Source: Eledone cirrhosa
Taxonomy: Eukaryota
Reading direction: 5' to 3'
Length of the DNA: 64,000 nt
NCBI GenBank assembly: GCA_964016885.1
Contig: OZ024747.1
Location: forward strand, 62,001 to 126,000
Of the stretch, positions 47,901 to 59,900 are shown in pieces. Numbering within the stretch: the stretch's first letter is position 1; every line of letters starts with the position of its first letter. Below the pieces are notes generated by a model. It saw only the letters and a program-made list of their open reading frames with translations, did not search any database and had not been told where the DNA came from. Made by a program: the position numbers and the translations under genes.

Positions 47901-50900
47901 ATTTGGTTAAGAGGTGCCTACTGACTAGGTTTCGCTTTGTACATAGGCAAGGCGGGTCTTCTGTATTACTGTGTAGCGCCAAAGATCTCGGTCCAGTGAC
48001 ATTGTCTTAGAGAGGTGCAAGTGTGTAAGGTTGGAATTTATCAAATCGTGCCAGGTTTTTCTCAGTAACTTCCATCAATTTTGATCGCCCTGCACTTTTT
48101 TATACAGTTGTCGTCTTTCATGCGCATCACGTGGCCATACCAATGTAGTCTTCTCTCAAGTAAACAGCATCTGATCCCTCTTATTCCTAATTTCTCACTT
48201 AGTTCATTTATGCTTTGCTGTTCACGTATATTACTATTACACATCCAACGGAGCATGCATGCTTTGTTCCTTTCCAGTCTGCACAGTTCCTCTGCACACA
48301 ATGCCCATGTCCCACTGCCATGTAACATTGTTGTTCGTATACAGGCATCATACAATCTGCCTTTCATTTTTAGAGAGAAACCTTTTGTGGCCAACAGCGG
48401 TATAAGCTCTCTGAACTTTTTCCATCCCGTTCTGCCTCTGGCTACTGTACTTTCAGAGCACCCTCCACCACTGCTGATTTTGTCACCCAGGTAACGGAAA
48501 GTGTCCACTATTTCTATAGAACCATCTGGGCAATAGAAGGAGCTAGTATCCTGTGGGCACTTGCTACTTATTGCACCTGAACATTGGCCACATATAAAAT
48601 CTAACTGTTATTGTTTTATTATAGGACAGTTCTTATTGAGCAGTAATAATGTACCACGTTGTTGGCTTTCCTCTCTCTGGTATTGGAGATTGTTACAACC
48701 TTTTGGGCCCTGGGTATATCATTAAAGATTTTGTCTTGTAACGTATGTACAGTATGTTTGCTGTACTTCAAGTTTATATATATATATGACAAGTATGTTT
48801 TGAAACAGCAAGCGAGTGTGAAATTAGAAATAGAAGCTTTAACTGTATTTTTTGAGTAAAGAAATATTAGCCTGATAGTGGGGTTTAGAAGCCTCTAAGA
48901 AATGTTAAAAGATGAGTACATCAATACTCATCTTTTTCCATTTCTTAGAGGGTCCTAAACCCCACTATCTAAAATATATATATATCCAACATAAGAAGTT
49001 AAACTTAATACTGATTACAGAGAATAAAAAAGACAACCCAAACACCCACCAAGTTCCCAGTGCTACCACTGTCTACAGAGTGGTTGTGGTTGAACCTGTA
49101 GTGTCTATTTACAACTCAATGAAGTGATCCAGAAGGATAGTGGTTCCGGTAACAGAATATACACCGCTACTGGTTCAGTTGTTAGTTTGATGTTGCCATG
49201 GTTATCTAGGGCTCTTTCTATTTGCCACTTATTTTTATTTTCTCTTATTCTATATTCTCTTCTTCCTCCTACTCTCTGGGTCTCTCTTTCATATAAATAA
49301 GTGTGCTAGCAGTCGAAGTGTATTATAAAGTTATATCTATATATACACAGAGTGGATAATGGAGACTGCACCAATATATATATATAAATATGTAGGCATG
49401 TAAACTTGCTAGAAAATACTTATTTTATTTTATTGATCTTGAAATGATGAAAATAAAAATCCGCCTCCACAACCAAAACCTTTAAATATAGCCATGTACC
49501 ACAACGTATTTTGTCCAATATAATTATTCCATGTTGAATTTTTTTTTCTTTAAATATTTCTCTCTCTCTCTCTCAGACCCATTGCTGCAAATCTGTATTG
49601 ATCAGTCTCGGAATATTCTTTATACACGCTCTGATAAAGGAACAATTCAGGTGAGGAAATTTTCTGTCCAACTATGAGATTTTCCGTATAATGAAGAGAT
49701 AGTACCATGGTCTATGGGGTTGTGGTTTAGCCGTAGGTCTAATCTGATCAAGTAGATCTATGGTCAAAGGCAATTCAGCTCATGATCAACCCACCGGAAG
49801 AAGACAGGCTGTTGAAGCATCTTCCACTTTCCAATAAGTATGTTGTTGAACCTACATTGATGGAGAATTCTGGCATTTTGGGTCTCTGAATTACCTCCTT
49901 ATTTACTGCTATCAGGACAAGAGTTAGCCACTTGCAGGAGTGAAACCCATGAATTGGAATGGCTTTTTCAATGCATCTCCCTTGCTATCCTCTGGGGTAA
50001 TGCTTTCTTTATTTTGTCTGTTGGGACCATGAAACGACATACAGCTGGAGGTTTTACACGCCAGAGTGACAGAGTGGGAGAGTGTGACAGCCTTTCATTG
50101 TGTGGTTTGTGCTCGTACTGTTGGCCACTTCTTACATAGATGCACACACAAGACACTTTTGTAAGTGTATATAAATATTAACACATGGAGCAGGACCTAG
50201 TCACCTGACCACTCTCGCCTTAGCGCACAACAACCATCTAACCCATGCAAGCATGGAAAATTGACGTTAAACTGTGATGGTGATGATGATTATCATGGTA
50301 TATATACTTATATAGTTGTATACTTGTATATGTACCATTATTGGCTTTCACTTATGAGAGTAGATATGTCATGTATGTATGTGTGTGTATATATATTTTT
50401 TCCCTTATTTCAGGTTTTTGACTTGGGTGAAGATGGCAATGGAATGAGCCGTGTAGTAACTGTGCCTTTATCAACCATCGTACAAGCTGCCAGTCACATA
50501 GCTGGGTATGACAGTCTCATTTTCTCTTTCTCTCTATCACTCTTTCAGTGATATTTGGTTTTAGTTTTGTTTATATCTGCCCAAAGTTTTACCGCCACTC
50601 CCTTTCCTGGTGGTGGGGTTTCTTACCATGTCTTAAATGATAATGATGATGTTGGGGGTGATCATAATTCGATCTGATTGAGCAGCCACTTTTGATTTAA
50701 ATTTGAAACAGTGATAGTTTATAGAACTTAATTGAAGCATCTTTGGTAATGATACTATTATTGATATTCAATAATAGAATCCATCTATCATTTGATTCAT
50801 TGGAGTAACTTTAGAATAATCCACTCTGTTGCATGCATTTCATGAGGTCTACAGTCGGAGAATAACTTGATATCTTGACCTGCTGCTGCTTCTTGCTTCA

Positions 50901-53900
50901 ACCCTTCAATTCTGGCTCCCTCCAATCCTCAACAGTCTAGATAGCCTTGTAAATTTCATGGGCTCTTCTCATCTTCCTTATCAAGCCATAAAGTTGTTAA
51001 CAACAACAAGCATTTTTAAGTCAAATGCCTTGGAAAGCAGGAATTAGGCTTGCGAGACAAATGGTAGGCTTCGTACTCATTGTGGGATCCTTGTTGAAGC
51101 AATTTTTTTATAGTTGGATACCCTTCCTGGAGTCCAGTTCCTTTAGTCACTTTTTACAACATGCAGGGATATGCTGTACCTATTCTAAACCAGATACACA
51201 CAGCTTCAAAATTGCTGGACAGATTTTACAGGCAAAACCAACTTGCAGGAGACCCAGGGGTAAACCCCAAGCAAGATGGTTGGATAACATCTACTAGCTT
51301 GACTGGTCTTGCTTGGAAATCCAGTCGGATCAATTGGAAACGGTTGCTTCTGACAGGATCTAATGAAAAGTGTGCTTGAGGACTCTGCCCCCACGACCCT
51401 TCCAGGAATAAGAGGTTTGACGGACCTTAATGTTACTGACACTTTTGGTGGGGTATTAATTTGACCCTATTGGTATTTTAAAATCGCTTCCATGATTACT
51501 TTCTTTCCAGAACAATTGATCCATCTCTCTTTAAAACCATCATTCACATTGCTCCTCTAACAGCCTCGGAATCACCAAATTTTCACCTTGTTGCCATAAC
51601 TCAAGCAGGTTAGTAGTTTCTAACTTGTTAAAGTTCTCTCAATAAATGTATTCAGATGTTAAAAAGAATACTTTTTCAATTGTGTCAAAGACATAACAAT
51701 CTCTAATGTTGATCATCTATATGCTAAATGCTCCCAGTACACTCTGAAAAGTGGTTGGTGATAGGAAGAGCATCTAGCGACAGAAAACCTGCCAAACAAT
51801 GGCAGTGTCAGACATGTTTGTTAACCTACCTACTTCTGGTGGCATGATAAACTACACTTGGTAGAGCACAAGATGTACTCAATCCTGGAGAGGAGATGGG
51901 CTCCGCCAGGTTTAAAAAAGCCCTAAGAACACACTGTCAGTGGCTGTATGGTTAAGAAATTTACTTCACAATCATGTGGTGTGTTCAGTGTCATTGCAGG
52001 GCACCTTGGGCAAATGTCTCCTATCACCTCAGCCCAACACCATGTGAGTGAATTTGTTGGACAGAAACTGTCAGTTTGTCTGTCTGTCCACATCCAACCA
52101 TAGAATTCTAAATCAAAAAGCCTTGTCCAGGCATAATTATTATCATCATCACCTTTTATGTCCATATTTCTATGCTTGCATAGGTCGGACAAGCTCTCTC
52201 CAACACAGCAACCCCCCATTTGTTGTGCTCCTTCATCTCCAGTGACTCTCAGTGATTTGAGATTGGTTCTCACCACCTCTGTCGTGGTCCTCTATTGCTG
52301 CTACCTTCCACTGGAATATCTTGAACCTTCTTTACCCAAACAATCATCATACTCAGCACTTGTCCAAACCAAGCAGTATTGCTTGTTTTATGTAAAACAA
52401 TGTCTCTCATCAAAGCAACAGTTCAAAGGGTTGGCTGGGTCTACATAGACCAAGTGAGTACTGAAGCAGGGCTACTGATCTCACAGACTTCGGAGGGTCT
52501 ACATTTTGCTTACGAATGGTCATACATTCTATCAAGTGCACAGGAGAGGTATCTTTGACATGACTGAGGGGACCTCCCAACCCTTTGTTTGGCAAGTCTT
52601 CTACAGCTGGATGCCCTTCCTATCACCAACCACTTTACAGCATGTACTGGGTGTGGTCATCATCATTGTTTAACATTCATTTTTCATGTTAGCATGGGTA
52701 GGTTGAGCTGTCCTGTTGTGAGAGATCCAGAGCGAAAGAGTGTGTTTGGCTTACACTGAACTGATTTGGGTTAGGTTTCTATGCCTGGATGCGCTTTCTA
52801 ACGCCAATCATATTTACAATGTGTGCTAGGTCCTTTAGTTGTAACACCTACACAATCACTTTACAGTGTGGACTGGGCGCTTTGGTCATATATAATATAT
52901 TTTACAAATAAAGTGTGGGTTGGCATCAGGAATGACATCCGAGCTTAAAAGAACTGCTTCAAAAAAATCCTATCCAACACATGCAAATATAGAAAAGCCA
53001 ACATAGAAATGATGATGCTTGAGGTAACTTTTATTTTAACTGCTTTTGTTTGATATAATGAAATTTCTCCAGAATATTCTACTTAATACTCTTAATTGTC
53101 AGGTGTCCGGTTATACTTTGCTGCGAAACCATTTGGTGCTGTACAGCATATATCTCGCAAGTATCCTTCAATGTTAAAGTTAGTTCACGTTCGCTTACCT
53201 CCTGGTTATTCTGCCAATCCTGCTCACGACCGTCCAAGCAACGTTAGGCTCGCCCATTATAAAAAAGGTTTGTGTGAAATAGTATTTATTTTATTGAAAT
53301 CTTTCATAGTGAACTCATTGGATTATATTCTTGAGCAAGACTTCTAACCCCCGTTTTAATGCTTTAGTTAAATTTGAAAGAATAGTGTCTTTGTGTGACC
53401 ATTACAGAGCCTCCTTGGCTGGTGGGTATTAAAAGGAAGAAATGATGTGTGTTGATAATAATTTCTTCAATCTATAAATAACCCTGTTACAAGTGGACTT
53501 AAGGTCAAACCAACAAGGAAACCTCAGCATGGTCTCTTGGCCTGCTAGAAATAGCAAAATCTCTCTCCTGCTGTCTTAAAAAGAGGCATGTTGGATAAAT
53601 GTGATCCTAACTTTTCTGCATATGACAAAAAATAGTGGTCATGATTGGAATGCCTTTGATTGTTAAATGAGCTTGAGCATTATTGTCAGGACTGGCTCCT
53701 GTTAATATCTGAGTGACATGTTTCTACTGAGTACTTTCTAATAACAAACCAGGGTACTATATAAGGGAGCAGCATATCAAGCTATTATCTTCAAATTTGA
53801 AAGAAGGTTTTAATTTCAGTCCAAACCACCAGAATTCACCTGTCCTCTTGGTACACAAACCAATCCTGTTTTATGAATTTTATTCATTGTTTTATCCAGT

Positions 53901-56900
53901 GTTGGTGAACAAGACTGTATTCCTTAGATTATGTTTTTCCCTTTACTAAAAATGCCTATATATAGATTCCTAACCAGTGGAGTGACTCCACATGTGTGTC
54001 CATAGCTAGTGTCTGCCATGCAATCTATATTTTATAAATGATGCCACAGAGGGAAGAGCCTTTAGAGACATTTCCTTTTCTTATATTTTAGAGAAATATG
54101 TGTATGGAAGTTGGTGTATGTAGGCCCTAGCAATTGTTGTGATTGCTGTTTTCAACAGTGACTTATGCTAGAGCTACACAAGGACCATCTAACTTTGCAG
54201 TCTCAGGCAAGCTATGGAGACACGACATATGTGGGGTCACTTTCCTATCTTGTCCTAGTGTAATACTAACCGTGGAGCATTGTATGGTTTGGGTGTTAGA
54301 GAAATTATCAATGTTTTACATCCATTGGTGGAGGGGAAGAGTACTTTGTTTAATTGTTATTCTATGTCTCTTATGTATTTATTTTTCTTTTGTACCCGCG
54401 TGTGTGTGCTCACACCTGTGTGTTTAGGAACCCTTTTAATGATCCAGTCACGTTCCGAGGAAAATGATTGGCTCTGGACAATCAGTAGTGACTGCTTGCC
54501 TTTCAATAATGTTCTCAAGGAAATCAAGGTATATATTTGCTAGGCTTCCTCGGGAGCTTTCTAGCCTCATTTCTTTCTATTGCCCAAGCTGGCCTCTTTT
54601 CTCTTTGTATTTTTTTTTTGTCATTGTTTTATTCTCATTGGGCTTTTTTTATTGTCTAGCTCTGGTGAGCCTTTATCAAACAGACATATGATCAAAGGTG
54701 CTTTGCTCTGACTATCCCATTTTCTTTTTTTTTTCCAGACATAGTGTGTATGGTTGTATGTATCCAGTTTGCAATAGGTACACCATATACCTACATGTCG
54801 TAAGAAACAACTAAAAGAGTTAGTGTCAGGAAAGGCATCTAGTTGTAAAACGTCAAAAAGTTTTGTCCAACCCATGCCAGTATGGAATGGTTGAGGTAAA
54901 GGTGATGATGGTGAATGTATCCAATGTGTCCTTTCTTTTGTAAGATGGTAGGGTGTGGCTTGTTGATGATTTTGTTGCTATTTCTTGCTGGCCAAGTAAC
55001 TGCTTAGAGCCACCTTCATATCTTGTTTTTTAGATATGAGGATATAGTATATTATATCAGTCCTAGTATATGACTAGTATTTGTACTTACCTTATTGACC
55101 ATAGAAAGATGAAAAGCCATTTACAGTGTGGGCTGGAGGCTTCACTAGATGTATGCTTCAGATGGTCCTCCTGGGAGATGCATGGAAGGATGCATACTAT
55201 ATATGTGCTTCAGCCTATGCCCGTGGGGAGACAGGTTTTCTGTATTACTGCATAACGCCAGAGATTTTGGTACTGTGTCATCTTTGGGAGGTGCAAATTG
55301 GAGAAGGTCAGCTTTTACCACCTCATCCGAAGTCTTCCTGGGTCTCCCCACTCCAAGGCTTCTATCGACTTTGAACACAAAGCGCCCAGGTCTCACTACC
55401 ATGCACACATCATACAGTTTGCCTTTCATTTTGAGGGAAAAGCTTTTTATAGCTTGCAGTGGTAGTAGCTCCCTAAACTTCTTCCATCCCGTTTCAACTC
55501 TGGTTACTGTACTTTTAGAATATGCACCTCCACTACTAATTTGAACAACCAGATAGCAGAAGCTGTCTACTGTTTCTACAGAGCCTTCCTGGAATTTGTT
55601 AGCGTTTGTTTCCTGTGGTTGTTTGCTGCTTACTCCTCCGGTGCAACAGCTACATGTAAAGCCTACATTCTTAGCTAAACTTCCCAAGATCCTACTACAT
55701 CTCTTGTGTACCTATAGTTTACATTTGGAACAGAGGATGGAATTTCTACCTTCACCTTTCCTTCATACTGAGCAAGGCCATTTCCACGAGGAGATCAGGG
55801 CTCTGTTTTCTCTTTTACTTACTAGGACCTTAGTCTTTGTCAGGTTGACTTTAAGACCTATATATATATATATATATACACATAAATAATGAATCAAAAC
55901 ATCAAATATGTTTAGAATTTTGACAAACTTTCGATTATGATTAAACCACATGAAACACAAGTACTCTTCAGAGGTTAGTCTCACCATTCTAAGAGAAATA
56001 TAGGATGAAGATAGTAAATATAACAATATACTTGCCAACATCGACTGTGATGTCCAATGCGACTGTCGTGCTGAGAAGCACGTGGTGAAATCATATTAAA
56101 CCCAAGGCAAATAGACATCAAAAACGTGGACGTTAACTCTGCTAGAAATAGGAGCAGGGATTATAGCCACAAGGCTCAACAAGTTAAGAGATTTGAGCCG
56201 TTAAATACAAATAATGAATCAAAACATATCAGGTATGTTTAGAATTTTGTTTCTCTCAATAAGCAAGCTCAATAGACAATATCTAGAGCCATAATAACCA
56301 AATGAAAAACGTGTATGTATAGACAAATCCATCCACATCAACTTGGCTGCTTATAGAATGTTTGAGATTAGTATCAGTATATATATATTATCAAAAATGA
56401 TAATAAATGCAAGTGAGTGTTGTGGCATGGTTTTACTTCACAGAAGTCAAATAAATTAATATAAATAATTGTTACCACATGTTGATGGTCAGTTGGTCAC
56501 AACTCCCAGACTGGAGTGTGTGGAGAAGAACAGAAATCTTCTCTTGGTAAGGTTCAAGTGTTTCTTTAGGCTGCTGGTGTTCTTCTTGTTGCGGGAGAAG
56601 GAGGTGAGACAGAATTGCCTCGCATTCTCAAATATATAGTCCCCAGGGGGACGCAACTCCATTTAGTACATGGATCTGCAAGGGAAGCAACAAAGAATAT
56701 GAGAGAAATGTTTCACCAACAGATATATGGCTAATAATTCCCGCCCAAATGTGCTGTAACGCGTTTCTGCTGGTTTCAGCTTCCTCGAGAAAAATGCCAA
56801 AGGTTGTTGGTTTCCAACGTTGAACTGCTGTAAAACTGCTCCCACAGCGGTATCAGATGCATGAACACAGCGAAAGCTAGGCCTCTGGTACCGGGTGGGC

Positions 56901-59900
56901 TAGCAAAGATGAACTAGCAAGTGCTGTCTTAGCAGTCTGGAAGTCTTGAAGCTGTCCTTGTGTCAAGGAAATATCCTCATTCTTCTTATGACGATTTTTC
57001 AAAATGTCAGTAAGGGAAGATAGCAAATTAGCACAACGAGGTACAAAACGTCTATAGAAATTGATTAGGCCTACGCAACTGGTGAAGTGTAGTAGGCGGC
57101 GGTAAATCCTGTATGGCTTGAACTCGCTGAGGGAGCGGCCTAATACCTTCGCCGTCTATGAGGTGGCCTGAAAAATTTAGCGAAATGGAACCAAAAACAC
57201 ACTGTGGGATTCACACGCACACGGTAATCCTGAAGTCGCCGAAATAAGAGATATATGTGGCGCATATGCTCTTCCGGAGAGGAACTAGCGACGAGATTAT
57301 CGTCTATGTAAGCATAAACGAAGTCCAGACCACGAGTGACTCCGTCTATGAACCGCTGAAAAGTGCTTAGCGGCGTTCCTGAGTCCGAAAGGCATGGTAA
57401 AAAATTCGAAGGATCCGAAAGGAGTTGTAATCGCCGTTTTCAGAATATCCTCCTTCCTGGCCGGAATTTGGTGGTAGGCTCGCACTAAATCTAGTTTTGA
57501 GAAAATCTTACACCCCTGCAATGATGATGCGAAATCATGGAGATGGGGAATGGGATACCTATCCGGGACGGTCATGGCATTTAACCTCCTATAATCCCCA
57601 GTGGGTCTCCAGTCGTCGGAAGTCTTGGGAACCATGTGTAACAGTGAAGCCCAAGGACTCGTAGATGGGCGAATAATGCCCAGCTGCAGCATATGGTTGA
57701 ACTCGGACTGTACTGCCTTTAATTTGTCCGGCGGTAAGCGGCGTGGACGCGAAAACACTGGCGCACCGGTGGTGGAAATGAAATGTTCAGTTGAGTGTGT
57801 TGGCTCTGTGACTCGAAAATTTCCATCGGTGAGCTCCGGGAAAGAACCTAACAACGAATGGTAGGCGTCTCCAGCAGCATTGATGAAGAATATGGGGCTG
57901 ACTGTTGGAGCATTGGCTTTCCGGCCATGAATTGAGAAACCTGTGATGTCATCCACCAGATGTTGGCCACGGACGTCCACAGCCAAAGAGAAGTGGTGGA
58001 GAAAATCCGCTCCTAAGATAGGGTATGGCAAATCGGCAACCGTAAAAATCCACTTAAAATCCCTACGAAGATTTAGGAATTTGAGAGGAAGCGAGATGTG
58101 CCTGTGCGTCTTTATAGACGAGTGATTAACGGCCTGCAGAGTAACGGATGACTCTACGGGGGTATCTTTCAGGCAATGGATCGGCCAAATACTACAGGAG
58201 GCTCCTGTATCTACGAGGAAACTTCTTCCCGACCTAAGGTCCTTAATGAAGAAATGGCGGTTTGGTGGTTTTATGTTGAGGTCAACTGCCCCCATCAGTG
58301 GACCTCTTTGGCGTTTCCCGCCTTATGAAACGAGTAAAGTTGCACTCAGTGGTTCGCGCTTTCGGCAAATCGCTCATGGTACGAGCATGTCTCCGACACA
58401 ACAGAAAAAGAAAACAAAATCGCTTATTTTTCTGTGAAACAACTGGACAGGAAAAAGAATGTCATTAATATATAGTCCCCAGGGGAACGCAATTCCATTT
58501 AGTACATGGATCTGCCACTGGGAGTTGCAACTGTCACAAAGGGACGCAACTCCTATACGTATCTGAGTTACAGCCGTAAGGGGCCGCTACAAATGTAATA
58601 CATATTTCAGTTCTATTATATTTAATTATATTTCAAATGTTTTTCTTTCACTCTATTCCATAGAGTTATGTTCCCCTTGAGGGTAGAACATGGAGTATGT
58701 GTGAGGTCCCTGCGAAACAGACAGATATTGCCCCTGAATTCAAACAGCGCCCAGACCCACCAGTGGTGGTCACACAGCACAATGAGAAACCAAGGAAGTT
58801 TGTCTTTATTAATGCCCAGGTTTGTATGGGGTTTCTTGCTTTTTTTTTTTCCCTTTTCAACTCTTCCCTAATCTTTCATCCCTTCCCTACTCCACTTTAA
58901 CAACCACTCCACCCTCTACTCCACTTTAACAACCACTCCATCCCCTACTTCACTTTAACAATCACTCCATCCCCTACTCCACTTTAACAACCACGCCACC
59001 CCTTACTCCACTTTAACAATCACTCCATCCTCTACTCCACTTTAACAACCACTCTACCCCTACTCCACTTTAACAACCACTTTAACAACAAATCCCTTCT
59101 TTATTACATGCTAGCATGGAAGATGGACGTTAAACGAAGATGATGATGAACCCATCTTCTAAACCCTAACTACTAATATATTGCACCACTATCTACTACT
59201 ACACCCTAACCACCACTATCTACTACTACACCCTAACCACCACTATCTACTACTACACCCTAACCACCACTATCTACTACTACACCCTAACCACCACTAT
59301 CTACTACTACACCCTAACCACCACTATCTACTACTACACCCTAACCACCACTACCTACTACTACACCCTAACCACCACTACATAGTACTACAGCCTAACC
59401 ACCACTACCTACTACTACACCCGAACCACCACTACCTACTACTACACCCTAACCACCACTACATAGTATTACAGCCTAACCACCACTACATAGTACTACA
59501 GCCTACCTACTACTACAGCCTAACCACCACTACATAGTACTACAGCCTAACCACCGCTACCTACTACTACACCCTAACCACCACTACATAGTACTACAGC
59601 CTAACCACCACTACCTACTACTACACCCTAACCACCACTATATAGTACTACAGCCTAACCATCACCATCACTTATTACTACAGCCTAACCATCACCATCA
59701 CTTATTACTACACCCTAACCATCACCACCACTTATTACTACACCCTAACCACCACCACCTGAAACTTATTCAACTTCCACTCTGTCATAACAAACAACAC
59801 TACCTCCTCACCACCACCTTCATCACAATCAACGGCATCACCAGCAAAAACACCATCACCATTAACACCACCACTTCTACTACTACTACCACCACCACCA

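Noticed and set aside
53080-53102. CTCTTAAT near the exon 11 acceptor as a second U12 branch site
   Set aside because: The matching donor (51609) is GTTAGT, an ordinary U2 site.
59181-59537. ORF with (HHYLLLHPN)n repeats
   Set aside because: It is the translation of a 27-bp intronic minisatellite, with a non-ATG start and no splice support.
59185-59760. Interstitial telomere
   Set aside because: CCCTAA occurs once per 27-30-bp unit, not as a tandem (TTAGGG)n array.
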